The notes beneath the pieces are model-generated. The model was not told the DNA's origin. It saw only the letters and a program-made list of their open reading frames with translations, and made no database searches. Shown here piece after piece: positions 27,319 to 36,831 of a stretch of DNA of 64,000 bases (positions are counted from its first letter, which is position 1; each line of letters opens with the position of its first letter). Made by a program: the position numbers and the translations under genes. Source of the DNA: Syntrophales bacterium. GTDB lineage: Bacteria > Desulfobacterota > Syntrophia > Syntrophales > PHBD01. The DNA lies in the NCBI GenBank assembly GCA_963668175.1, contig OY764159.1:1408001-1472000 (forward strand), in the 5' to 3' direction.

Positions 27319-28206
27319 ATGAATCTCCTCATAGACGAATATCTCAACTTCCTGGCCGTCGAAAAAGGGGTCTCTCACAACACGACAGAAGCCTACGGCC
27401 GGGACCTGGCCCGCCACCTTGCCTTTATCGAGTCTTGCGGAATCGGAGCCGTCCGTGATATCTCCTCCGACCATATCGTCGACTATATGTCGGGACTGCG
27501 CGAAGACGGCCTTTCGGTAAGATCGGTTAACAGGAACCTTGCGGCCGTCAGGGGGTTTTATAAATTTCTTCTGAAGGAGAACGTGATCGAGAAGAGCCCG
27601 GCGGCCCAGATCGCTATGGCCAAGACCTGGCTCAGGCTTCCGGACTGTCTGTCCCGCGGTGAGATGGACCTCCTGCTTTCACAACCCGGTGAAGATACGG
27701 CCGCGGGCGTCAGGGACAAAGCCATGCTGGATTTGCTTTATGCAACGGGTATCCGGGTGACGGAGCTTGTGTCCCTGTCCATGGGCAGCATCAATTGGCA
27801 GGTGGGATTTCTGATCGTGCTGGGGAAGGGAGGCAAGGAGAGGGTCGTGCCGGTCGGCAGGACGGCGTACCGCTCCGTAAGTCGTTACGTGGAAGCGGCC
27901 CGGCCGTCTTTTCTGAAAGGGAAAACGGTCGATACCCTTTTCCTGAACCGCTCCGGAGAAGCCTTCACGCGTCAGGGATTCTGGAAGATCGTCAAGAAAT
28001 ACGCCGGGAAGGCTGGTCTCAAAAAGAAGGTGTATCCCCACACCTTCCGGCATTCGTTCGCTTCGCACATGCTGGAGGGGGGGGCGGATCTCCGGTCCGT
28101 ACAGACGATGCTGGGCCATGTCGATATCGCGACGACCCAGATCTATACCCATGTAACGAGGGAACGTCTGAAAGACGTCCACCGAAGGTACCATCCCCGG
28201 GGCTGA
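27319..28206 (+). CDS. xerD: Tyrosine recombinase XerD
   Basis: LYATGIRVTEL, GKGGKER, PHTFRHSFASH, GADLRSVQTMLGH...TTQIYTH, HPR C-terminus. Confidence 0.93.
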   Translation: MNLLIDEYLNFLAVEKGVSHNTTEAYGRDLARHLAFIESCGIGAVRDISSDHIVDYMSGLREDGLSVRSVNRNLAAVRGFYKFLLKENVIEKSPAAQIAMAKTWLRLPDCLSRGEMDLLLSQPGEDTAAGVRDKAMLDLLYATGIRVTELVSLSMGSINWQVGFLIVLGKGGKERVVPVGRTAYRSVSRYVEAARPSFLKGKTVDTLFLNRSGEAFTRQGFWKIVKKYAGKAGLKKKVYPHTFRHSFASHMLEGGADLRSVQTMLGHVDIATTQIYTHVTRERLKDVHRRYHPRG

Positions 28207-28288
28207 TGGGTACGGGAGAGGGCCATAGGCATAAAAAGGGCCTGCCGGCGTTGAAGGCAGATATGGAAGGGAGGGGAGGAAGCGGCCG

Positions 28289-30340
28289 ATGTTGAACCGT
28301 CTGAAAAAGATTTCGGCCAAGCCGGGTCATCTGATCATAGGTATTTTTCTGGCCGCAAGCGTAGCGATTGTGGCGGGCACGTTCATCGTGGGCAGTTTCA
28401 TGACGGAGAAGCCGGGAGCAGTGCCGACAGCCTTTTTCCGGGTCAGGAATTACATCACCTTCGCCGTCCTCGGCGATAAACCGCATTTCTACTATCTGGA
28501 AGGAGAAAAGAACGGCAAGGAGATCAAGCTCACCGACAAGGACCGTTTCGAGGTAACCTATCGGGACGAGTTCGTGTTCAAAGGGGTTGCGACGGACGAT
28601 CTCTTCGGAGGCAAAACAACGGTCGACGTGGAGGAGACGGGGGCGGGGAACGACCTTGGACGGCTCCTTAAAGGCGTTGAACTCGTCGACAAAACGGCTC
28701 TCGCCCCGGCCGAAAAGCCCGTCCGGATCCTCGTCCGATACAATGAGACGGTGATCGCCGCCATTCCCGTTGTTGTTACCGTCTCGGCCCAGGATTGGCT
28801 GCGTTACGCCCGCGCAACGGAGGACAATGCGGCGAAGATCCGGTATCTGCAGAAGGCCATCGCCCTTAATAAAGAAGACATCCCGGTTCGCAGGATGCTT
28901 GTCGCTTCTTACGAAAAAGCCGGAATGAAGGAAGCGGCCGCCGCCCAGCTTGCGGAGATCCAGGCCATGGAGGGCAAGGCGCCCGTGGCGGATGGAAAAC
29001 CGGCGGTTACGCCCGCTATGCCGGGCGGCGCAGCCGAAGCCCCGCGTCCCGGAGGTGCAGCTTCCGGAAGTTCCCCGTACGTTCAAAGCGGCCTGGCTTG
29101 CAGCAAGAAGGGGGACTGGAATTGCGCGATCGCCAATTACCAGGAGGCGTTGCAACAAGAACCCAACAACGGGCAGGTCCGGTACAAGCTGGGTGAGGCT
29201 TTTGAGAAATCCGGCCGGACCGGTGAAGCGGTGCGGCAGTACGAACTCGTCCTGGCCGGAAGCCCCAAGGCCGATTATGCCATGCTGGCGCTTGCCGACG
29301 TCAGTCTGAAATCAGGCCAGTATGACGGGGCGATCAAGTGGTACGGCGAACTCGTCAAACTGCGTCCCCGGGAGGCGTCCCTGTATGGGAACCTGGGCCT
29401 CGCCTACGGCGGCAAGGGTATGGGCAAGGAGGAGATCGCCCAGTACCGTAAAGCGCTTGCCCTGAACCCCAAAAATACGGTCGTCCTTTTCAATCTCGCC
29501 GCCGCTTACGAAAAGGGCAAGAACGACCGCGAGGCCGCCAAGACCTATGCCCAAGTCCTCAAGATAAAACCCAATGATAACGACGCACAGGCGAGGCTTG
29601 CCGGACTCGCCTTCAAGAACGGCAATTATACGGAGGCCATTGCGCGCTACGAAAAGGCCATCAAGAATATGAACGGCAAGGCCGCGGCCTATGCGAATCT
29701 GGGATTTGCCTACGGCGAGAAGAAGAACTTCAAAAAGGCGGTTGAAAACTACGAAAAAGCCATCAAAAGCGGCAACAAGGATCCCCAGGTAAGGACCAAT
29801 CTGGCGTCCGCCAAAAACGAACTCTCCGGCCGGAAGGCCGTCGTCGAAGAGAGAACTGCGGCCGCGGAGAAAGCCCCCGTCGCGGAAAAGTCCCCTGCCG
29901 CGGAGAAAGTTTCCGCGCCTGCAAAAACGGCCGTCCCCGCCGGCAAGGCCCCAAACCGCCGGATCGAACGCTACATGAAGGCGAAAAAGTATGATCTGGC
30001 TATCGCGGACTATAAGGCCCTCATCCGCAAGAGCCCAAAGAATGCTTCGTATTACGAAGGGTTGGGCGACGTATACGGCCTGAAAGGGGATACGAACCGC
30101 CAGATCGAATCCTACCAGCGGTCGCTTAAGCTGGGCAAGGCCAGCGACGGCGTCTATACCCGACTTGGTCAAGCTTATGAAAAAAAGGGAAGATTGAAAG
30201 AAGCCCTGGCCGCCTACAGCAAGGCTTACGAGCTGAACCCCGATTCCGCCGCGGCTGGCCGCCGCATACCCCAGTTGAAGATCAAAATGCTGCAGGAGAA
30301 GCATCGGGGCGAAGGCGAAAAAGAGGACGACGAATCCTGA
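28289..30340 (+). CDS. Membrane-anchored multi-TPR protein
   Basis: N-terminal hydrophobic segment, more than ten TPR-like units (e.g. AIANYQEAL...P, LYGNLGLAY), Ala/Pro/Lys-rich linkers. Confidence 0.85.
   Translation: MLNRLKKISAKPGHLIIGIFLAASVAIVAGTFIVGSFMTEKPGAVPTAFFRVRNYITFAVLGDKPHFYYLEGEKNGKEIKLTDKDRFEVTYRDEFVFKGVATDDLFGGKTTVDVEETGAGNDLGRLLKGVELVDKTALAPAEKPVRILVRYNETVIAAIPVVVTVSAQDWLRYARATEDNAAKIRYLQKAIALNKEDIPVRRMLVASYEKAGMKEAAAAQLAEIQAMEGKAPVADGKPAVTPAMPGGAAEAPRPGGAASGSSPYVQSGLACSKKGDWNCAIANYQEALQQEPNNGQVRYKLGEAFEKSGRTGEAVRQYELVLAGSPKADYAMLALADVSLKSGQYDGAIKWYGELVKLRPREASLYGNLGLAYGGKGMGKEEIAQYRKALALNPKNTVVLFNLAAAYEKGKNDREAAKTYAQVLKIKPNDNDAQARLAGLAFKNGNYTEAIARYEKAIKNMNGKAAAYANLGFAYGEKKNFKKAVENYEKAIKSGNKDPQVRTNLASAKNELSGRKAVVEERTAAAEKAPVAEKSPAAEKVSAPAKTAVPAGKAPNRRIERYMKAKKYDLAIADYKALIRKSPKNASYYEGLGDVYGLKGDTNRQIESYQRSLKLGKASDGVYTRLGQAYEKKGRLKEALAAYSKAYELNPDSAAAGRRIPQLKIKMLQEKHRGEGEKEDDES
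29861..29932 (+). repeat. Degenerate 18-bp coding tandem repeat (3-4 copies)
   Basis: gccgcggagaaagccccc / gtcgcggaaaagtcccct / gccgcggagaaagtttcc / gcgcctgcaaaaacggcc, encoding AAEKAP-VAEKSP-AAEKVS-APAKTA. Confidence 0.7.
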
Positions 30341-30380
30341 GCAGGGTCCGGATAAAGGGTCCGGCAGGGAAAGGAGAGAA

Positions 30381-31217
30381 ATGAGAGATATCCGCATCAA
30401 CAACATCGTCATGGGGGGGGCGGCGCCGCTCGTGCTCATTGCCGGCCCGTGCGTCATCGAATCGGAGGAGAAGACGCGGGACATCGCCGTTTACATGAAG
30501 GACCTGGCCGCGAGGCTCGATATGCCCCTGGTGTTCAAGGCCTCGTACGATAAGGCGAACAGGACCTCCCGGGACGGTTACCGCGGCCCCGGCCTCGCGG
30601 AAGGGCTCAGGATACTGAAGGCGATCAGGTCCGATTACGGGATACCCGTTCTTTCCGACGTCCATCGCTTTGCCGAGATCGATGCGGCCGCCGAGGTCCT
30701 CGACGTGGTCCAGGTTCCGGCCTTCCTCTGCCGCCAGACGGACTTTGTGATGGAGGTTGCCCGCCGGGCGCGGGTTGTCAATATCAAGAAAGGGCAGTTT
30801 CTCGCCCCGTGGGACGTGGCCAACGTCGTCGCCAAGGTGGAAGCGGCGGGACAGAAGAATATCATCCTCACGGAGCGGGGCGTCAGTTTCGGCTACAACA
30901 ACCTCGTGGCCGATTTCCGTTCCCTCCCGATCATGAGGGATATGGGGTATCCCGTCGTCTTCGACGCCACCCACAGCGTCCAGCTGCCGGGCGGTGCGGG
31001 AACCGCGTCGGGAGGACAGCGGCTGATGGTTCCCTATCTGTCGCGGGCCGCGGCCGCCGTCGGCGTCGACGGGCTCTTCCTGGAGGTCCATCCCGACCCC
31101 GATTGCGCTCTGTGCGACGGGCCCAACTCGGTACGCCTCGACGAACTGGAGGGACTTCTGGAAATCATTAAAGAAATCGACGTGATAGCAAAGAGACAGC
31201 TGTCCGGGACCGTTTAA
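30381..31217 (+). CDS. kdsA: KDO 8-phosphate synthase
   Basis: IAGPCVIE, FKASYDKANRTS, PAFLCRQTD, NIKKGQF, FDATHSVQ. Confidence 0.97.
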   Translation: MRDIRINNIVMGGAAPLVLIAGPCVIESEEKTRDIAVYMKDLAARLDMPLVFKASYDKANRTSRDGYRGPGLAEGLRILKAIRSDYGIPVLSDVHRFAEIDAAAEVLDVVQVPAFLCRQTDFVMEVARRARVVNIKKGQFLAPWDVANVVAKVEAAGQKNIILTERGVSFGYNNLVADFRSLPIMRDMGYPVVFDATHSVQLPGGAGTASGGQRLMVPYLSRAAAAVGVDGLFLEVHPDPDCALCDGPNSVRLDELEGLLEIIKEIDVIAKRQLSGTV

Positions 31218-31230
31218 GGGAAGGAATATT

Positions 31231-31773
31231 ATGGGTCGACCAATGGAAGCCGAAGCAATAGAGCGCTTGAAAGGTATCCGTCTTCTCATTCTCGACGTGG
31301 ACGGCGTTATGACCGACGGACGGATCATCGTGGACGATAACGGCTGCGAGTCGAAGCATTTCAATGTGAGGGACGGGCACGGCCTCAAGGTATTGATGAG
31401 GTACGATATCGATGTCGTTCTGCTCACCGGCCGGACGTCTTCCGTCGTGGTGCACCGGGCGGACGATCTTGGCATCAAGGAGGTCCATCAGGGCATCTGG
31501 AACAAGGTCGAGGCCTTTGAAGGCATCATCGCCCGGCGCGGCCTGCGCCCTGAGCAGGCGGCCTACGTCGGCGACGATATCGTGGATATCCCGCTCCTGA
31601 AGCGGGTGGGGTTTGCGGCTTCCGTGGCCGACGGCTGCGAGGAGGCAAGACGGAGCGTCCATTACGTCGCGGAAAAAGGCGGCGGCCGGGGTGCCGTCCG
31701 GGAGATCTGCGAACTGATCCTGAAGGCCCAGGGGAAATGGCCGGATGTCGCGGCAAGGTACGAGTTCGCCTGA
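31231..31773 (+). CDS. kdsC: KDO 8-phosphate phosphatase (HAD)
   Basis: LDVDGVMTDG, FNVRDG, YVGDDIVD, GGRGAVRE. Confidence 0.95.
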   Translation: MGRPMEAEAIERLKGIRLLILDVDGVMTDGRIIVDDNGCESKHFNVRDGHGLKVLMRYDIDVVLLTGRTSSVVVHRADDLGIKEVHQGIWNKVEAFEGIIARRGLRPEQAAYVGDDIVDIPLLKRVGFAASVADGCEEARRSVHYVAEKGGGRGAVREICELILKAQGKWPDVAARYEFA

Positions 31774-31807
31774 GCCGTTGCGCCTTCCCGGGTGGGGCAG
31801 GTTTGAC

Positions 31808-31836
31808 TTTACAGATTGCAAAGCGGATGGTATAAA
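31808..31836 (+). promoter_or_regulatory. Putative sigma70 promoter for lptCAB
   Basis: TTTACA-N17-TATAAA with extended -10 TG. Confidence 0.5.
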
Positions 31837-31921
31837 AGGGCCATAAGTTTATTCAGATTCCGCGATTTTGACCGTAAATGCGGTTCGTTGCGGGGGTCGC
31901 ACCTTTTACAGGCCGCAAGCC

Positions 31922-32473
31922 ATGACGTTAGACAGGAAAAAGGGATTCGTGATCGCTGCGGCTGTCTTGGCCGTGCTCTCGACGGCTGTGATCCTTTACA
32001 TCCACAACCGTGCGGATGCCCCGGTTAAAGCCCTCAAGGTCCTGGCGGAGAACGTCGACCTGCAGATTAAGAATATCCTCTTTACCGAGGTGGGAGGTTC
32101 AGGCGAGAAGTGGGAAATCAGGGCGGAGACGGCCCAGTACATGAGGAAGGAAAACGTCGTCCTCTTCGATAAGGTATCGGTGAAACTGGTCCTGGAGGAC
32201 GGCAAGACGTTCCTCATGACCGGTGACAAGGGCCGTTTCATGACCGCCACGAAAGATATGGACGTCGTCGGCAACGTTGTGATCATTTCCGATCAAGGTG
32301 ATCGCTATACAACGGACCATCTCAATTACTCCAACGCGGGCAAGAAAATCTTCACGGACGGCAACGTCATGATGGAGAACGCGCGCATGAAGATCACCGG
32401 TGTCGGAATGAACCTGCTTATGCAGGCTAAGGAATTGAAAATATTATCTAAAGTGAAGGTGCAGACCAAGTGA
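31922..32473 (+). CDS. lptC: LPS export protein LptC
   Basis: Single N-terminal TM then beta-jellyroll-like sequence; position in kdsC-lptC-lptA-lptB. Confidence 0.85.
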   Translation: MTLDRKKGFVIAAAVLAVLSTAVILYIHNRADAPVKALKVLAENVDLQIKNILFTEVGGSGEKWEIRAETAQYMRKENVVLFDKVSVKLVLEDGKTFLMTGDKGRFMTATKDMDVVGNVVIISDQGDRYTTDHLNYSNAGKKIFTDGNVMMENARMKITGVGMNLLMQAKELKILSKVKVQTK

Positions 32474-33075
32474 CGGGAGCTTTAGGACGAACAAAGGGGT
32501 GTGTCGCAAAGATCAAAATGGCGTCTTTTTTGGCGATTCTCCTGCTCCTTTGCGCTTCGGCCCCGTGTGCCCAGGAGAAGGGACCGGGCAAAAAACCTTT
32601 CGAATCGAAAGAACCCATCCAGGTGGTGGCGGACCGCCTTGAAGCCTTCGACGCGGAGAAAATGGTCGTCTTTTCCGGCCACGCCGTGGCTGTCCAGGGC
32701 GATAAAGTCATCAAATCCGATAAGATATCTCTTTTTTACAAGAAAGATAAGTCGGCCGAGGCCAAGCCGGCCAAGGCGATGAGCGCGGCGGGCGACCTCG
32801 AAAGGATCGAAGCCCGGGGGCATGTGAACATCACCCAGGGGACGAAGGTGGTCACGGGCGAGCTTGCGGTTTACCATCAGGACGAGCAGAAGATCGTCAT
32901 GACGGGCAATCCCGTGATGCGCGACGGGAAAAACACGATAACGGGAGATGTCATAACCGTATACTTAAATGAGAGCAGAGGGGTCGTGGAAGGCAGCGGC
33001 GGCAAGAGGCCGTTCTTGACGATTTATCCGGAAGACAAACCGGAAGGAAGCAAGAAGAAGGAAAAGAGTAAATAG
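32470..33075 (+). CDS. lptA: LPS transport periplasmic protein LptA
   Basis: Signal peptide, PIQVVADRL...FSG...QGD, OstA-like; synteny. Confidence 0.87.
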   Translation: MTGALGRTKGCVAKIKMASFLAILLLLCASAPCAQEKGPGKKPFESKEPIQVVADRLEAFDAEKMVVFSGHAVAVQGDKVIKSDKISLFYKKDKSAEAKPAKAMSAAGDLERIEARGHVNITQGTKVVTGELAVYHQDEQKIVMTGNPVMRDGKNTITGDVITVYLNESRGVVEGSGGKRPFLTIYPEDKPEGSKKKEKSK

Positions 33076-33115
33076 CCCCGGAGTGAGGTCCGGAAGGGAA
33101 AGACCGAAGGTATTG

Positions 33116-33841
33116 ATGCAGGGGACGCTGTCGGCAAGAGGATTGGTCAAGGTTTACGGAGGCAGGCGGGTCGTCAATTCCCTGGACCTGGATGTCAATA
33201 CCGGGGAGGTCGTGGGGCTTCTGGGACCGAACGGGGCGGGCAAGACGACCACTTTTTACATGATCGTCGGCCTCATCAAACCGGACGGCGGCAGTATTTG
33301 TCTGGACAGCGAGGATATCAGCAGATATCCCATGTACAGGAGGGCCAAGAGAGGGATCAATTACCTGCCCCAGGAACCCTCCATCTTCCGGAAACTGACC
33401 GTCGCCCAGAACGTGATGGCCATCCTGGAAACCATCGAGATGGAAAAGGAGGAACGGCAAGTCCGTCTGGAGCAGCTTCTGGGCGAGCTGGATATCGGGC
33501 ATCTCGCCGGAAATTATGCCTATTCCCTCTCGGGAGGAGAACGCCGCAGGGTGGAAATTACAAGGGCTCTGGTGACGTCGCCGCAGTACATCCTGCTCGA
33601 CGAACCCTTTGCCGGTATCGATCCCCTGGCGGTTGCCGATATTCAGAAGATCGTCCGTAAGCTGAGGTCGAAGGGCATCGGCATTATTATCTCGGACCAT
33701 AACGTCCGGGAGACTTTGTCTGTCTGCGATCGTGCTTATATTATCAACGAGGGCGTCGTTCTGGTCGAAGGCGACCCGGAAACGATCGCCAGCTGCGAAA
33801 TCGCCCGGAAGATATATTTTGGAGAGGATTTCTGCCTGTAA
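33116..33841 (+). CDS. lptB: LPS export ABC ATPase LptB
   Basis: GPNGAGKTT, YLPQEPSIF, LSGGERRRVEI, LLDEPFAGIDP, DHNVRETL. Confidence 0.97.
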   Translation: MQGTLSARGLVKVYGGRRVVNSLDLDVNTGEVVGLLGPNGAGKTTTFYMIVGLIKPDGGSICLDSEDISRYPMYRRAKRGINYLPQEPSIFRKLTVAQNVMAILETIEMEKEERQVRLEQLLGELDIGHLAGNYAYSLSGGERRRVEITRALVTSPQYILLDEPFAGIDPLAVADIQKIVRKLRSKGIGIIISDHNVRETLSVCDRAYIINEGVVLVEGDPETIASCEIARKIYFGEDFCL

Positions 33842-34002
33842 GACGAAAAGGATAGCCTTTCCGCCGCAATGAAATGTGAAATTCGAAGGACTGCCGGCAA
33901 TACGGATGCCGGATTCAAGACCCCGAATACACAGGGCGGATCTCTAAAGGATGAAGGTGTATTTACCGACGTAAAGAGATGTAAAGAATAGGACAGCCGG
34001 AC

Positions 34003-35466
34003 ATGGCCTTGGAACTCAAGCAAAGCCTCAAACTCTCCCAGCAGCTGATCATGACGCCCCAGCTCCAGCAGGCGATCAAGCTGCTTCAGGTATCGAGGCT
34101 GGAACTGATCGACGTCATCAATCAGGAGATGGAGGAGAATCCGCTCCTGGAAGAGGCGGCGCCCGACGATTACGCCACTTCGGACAATATCACGGAAGCG
34201 GACGACGTCAAGACCCAGGACGGCGAAGAGTTCAAGGCGGCCGATCACACCGTTGAACTGACCGGCGAGGGCGACGGCCGGGAGGAGTTCGACTGGGACA
34301 ACTATCTGGAAGACTACGGGTCCATGGGGGTGACCTACGAACGGCGGGACGGGGAAGCCCCTGCCTGGGACAATATTCTGACGGCCAAACAGTCGCTGAC
34401 GGATCACCTCATGTGGCAGTTGAAACTGTCGCCCCTGAACGAAAAGGAGATGGCCGTCGGCGAGCAGATCATCTGTAATCTCGACCAGAACGGCTATCTC
34501 GTGGCCACGCCGGAGGATATCATCTGCCAGACCGGCGTCGACGAGGCCTTCGTCGAACAGGTCCTGAAGAAGATCCAGGAATTCGACCCCCCGGGTGTGG
34601 CGGCCAGGGATCTCAAGGAATGCCTGCTCATCCAGGCCCGCGTCCTGGGCGTATCGAGTCCTATCGTCGAGGCGATCATCAAGGACCATCTCAAGGAACT
34701 GGAGCTCAAAAACTACTCGCAGATCGCCCGGCGGTTGAAAGTGCCTCTCGCGGACGTTCTTCTCGCCGTTTCCGTCATCACCAACATGGACCCCAAGCCG
34801 GGCAGTCTGTACAACGAAGAGAGGATAGAAAGCGTCATTCCCGACGTCTATGTATTCAAAATGGGCGAGGAATACAAGATCCTCCTGAACGACGACGGCC
34901 TGCCGAGGCTCCGCATCAGCAACTTCTACAAGGAAATCATGGCGGGCCTGAGCGGCGATTCGAGGACGACCGACAACAAAAAGTACATCAAGGAGAGGGT
35001 CCAGGCGGCGACGTGGCTCATCAAGAGCATCCAGCAGCGGCAAAATACCATCTATAAGGTCGCGGAGTCCATCCTGAAATACCAGCGCGATTTTTTCGAC
35101 AGGGGGATCAATTGCTTGAAGCCCCTGGTGCTGCGGGATATTGCCGAGGACGTCGAGATGCATGAATCCACGATCAGCCGGGTTGTGGCCAACAAGTACA
35201 TGCACACCCCCCGCGGTATATTCGTGATGAAATACTTCTTCAGTTCGAGCATCAACACCACCGCAGGCGAGACGATCGCCTCCAAGAGCGTCAAGGAGGA
35301 CATCAAGAAGATCATCAGCGAAGAAGACCCCGCCAAGCCCTATAACGACAGCGAGATTGTCGAAAAGCTCGCCAAATCGGGGGTTTCCATAGCCCGCCGG
35401 ACCGTCGCCAAATATCGGGAGATGATGGGGATTCTTCCTTCGTCGCGGCGGAAGAAGTACGTTTGA
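34003..35466 (+). CDS. rpoN: RNA polymerase sigma-54 factor
   Basis: MTPQLQQAIKLLQ, HESTISR, RpoN box ARRTVAKYRE. Confidence 0.98.
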   Translation: MALELKQSLKLSQQLIMTPQLQQAIKLLQVSRLELIDVINQEMEENPLLEEAAPDDYATSDNITEADDVKTQDGEEFKAADHTVELTGEGDGREEFDWDNYLEDYGSMGVTYERRDGEAPAWDNILTAKQSLTDHLMWQLKLSPLNEKEMAVGEQIICNLDQNGYLVATPEDIICQTGVDEAFVEQVLKKIQEFDPPGVAARDLKECLLIQARVLGVSSPIVEAIIKDHLKELELKNYSQIARRLKVPLADVLLAVSVITNMDPKPGSLYNEERIESVIPDVYVFKMGEEYKILLNDDGLPRLRISNFYKEIMAGLSGDSRTTDNKKYIKERVQAATWLIKSIQQRQNTIYKVAESILKYQRDFFDRGINCLKPLVLRDIAEDVEMHESTISRVVANKYMHTPRGIFVMKYFFSSSINTTAGETIASKSVKEDIKKIISEEDPAKPYNDSEIVEKLAKSGVSIARRTVAKYREMMGILPSSRRKKYV

Positions 35467-35640
35467 AACCGGTTTCGGCCCCGGAGTCGCACCCGGCCGT
35501 CCGAAAACCACAACCGTGAGGAAAAGAGTTGACATTTTCATCAATCGCCACTATATGACGCCCCTTTCTTTTTCGACCATGGGCTACGGATTACGCTCCG
35601 GAAAAGTGAGCTCGATATAAACAGCAGGAGGAGGATACAA

Positions 35641-36183
35641 ATGAAAATATCGGTGACACTGAAAAACACGGCTGAAGGGGAAACTTGGCACAAGGAATAT
35701 GTCGATGACAGGCTGCAAAAACTGAAGAAGTACGTCGATCAGCCGGTGGAAGCTTATGTGGTGCTGTCCGTGGAAAAATTCAGGAACGTGGCGGAAATCA
35801 ATCTCGTATTCAACGGTTTGAATGTCAACACCAAGGACGAAGCGAAGGATATGCACCTGGCCATCGACAACGCCGTGGATAAAATCGAACGTCAACTGAA
35901 GAAACATAAAGAGAAAATCCGTGCCCATAAGGCCAACGGGACCAAGGCGGGCGAGCTTACGGAACTGGAATCTCCTGCGGAGGAGATGGAAGAGACAAGG
36001 GAAGCGAAAATAGGCGAAACCAGAAAAATTGTACTGAAACCCATGTCGGTCGACGATGCGATCATGCAGATGGAGACAACGAAAAACCGTTTCATCGTCT
36101 ACAGGGACTCCTCGACGGAACTGGTCAGCGTCATGTACCGGCGGGACGACGGCAAATTCGGCCTCATCGAAACCAACGGCTGA
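35641..36183 (+). CDS. hpf: Long ribosome hibernation promoting factor
   Basis: AIDNAVDKIERQLKKHKEK and C-terminal KPMSVDDAIMQM...YRRDDGKFGLIE; AGGAGG RBS; upstream TTGACA-N17-TATATG at 35529-35557. Confidence 0.93.
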   Translation: MKISVTLKNTAEGETWHKEYVDDRLQKLKKYVDQPVEAYVVLSVEKFRNVAEINLVFNGLNVNTKDEAKDMHLAIDNAVDKIERQLKKHKEKIRAHKANGTKAGELTELESPAEEMEETREAKIGETRKIVLKPMSVDDAIMQMETTKNRFIVYRDSSTELVSVMYRRDDGKFGLIETNG

Positions 36184-36223
36184 CCCCTCTTTCCGTTCGC
36201 TGTTTTACACGACTGAATCTCGC

Positions 36224-36251
36224 AGAGGCGGGTTGATCCCGCCTTTGTTTT
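36224..36251 (+). terminator. Putative intrinsic terminator after hpf
   Basis: AGAGGCGGG-TTGAT-CCCGCCTTT followed by GTTTT. Confidence 0.55.
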
Positions 36252-36286
36252 GGCCGGAGAAAAAGACATTCATCGGATTAAGAAAT

Positions 36287-36748
36287 ATGAAAATTAAGGA
36301 TATATTCAAGAAAGAGTTCATCATCGAGGAGTTGGAGGCCAAGACCAAACGGGATGTTCTGCTCGAATTGTCGACGGCCTTCCTCAGAGGGCCTTACACC
36401 TTCGACGGCAACCGCGTCGTGGAGATCCTCCTGAACCGTGAAAAGCTGGGAAGCACGGGCATCGGCGACGGGATAGCCATCCCTCACGGCAAACTCGACG
36501 ATCTCACCGAACTGGTCCTGGCTTTCGGAAGGAGTACCGGCGGCATCGATTTTCAAGCCATGGACGGCAGGCCGGTTCACCTCTTCTTTTTGCTGATAGC
36601 CCCCGAGAATTCGGAAGGCCAGTATCTGAAGGCCCTGGCCAAGATATCGCGGATGCTCAAAGATGCGTCCTTCCGCAAGCGGCTGATGGATGCCGCCACC
36701 GCTGCGGAGCTGCACCGGATCGTCATCGATAAGGACCGTGACGACTGA
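36287..36748 (+). CDS. ptsN: PTS EIIA(Ntr)-like protein
   Basis: REKLGSTGIGDGIAIPHG (phospho-His retained); synteny with rpoN-hpf. Confidence 0.9.
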   Translation: MKIKDIFKKEFIIEELEAKTKRDVLLELSTAFLRGPYTFDGNRVVEILLNREKLGSTGIGDGIAIPHGKLDDLTELVLAFGRSTGGIDFQAMDGRPVHLFFLLIAPENSEGQYLKALAKISRMLKDASFRKRLMDAATAAELHRIVIDKDRDD

Positions 36749-36831
36749 TCTCGCCGGACCTTCGTGCGGCTGTTTCAGCGCAGCAGGGAGTGCACGGCAT
36801 CCGGGACAACCTTAAAACCGAGGTTTCCAAC

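Noticed and set aside
27319..28206. Tyrosine recombinase as an island or prophage integrase
   Set aside because: Sequence fits housekeeping XerD; no att repeats, tRNA or phage genes nearby.
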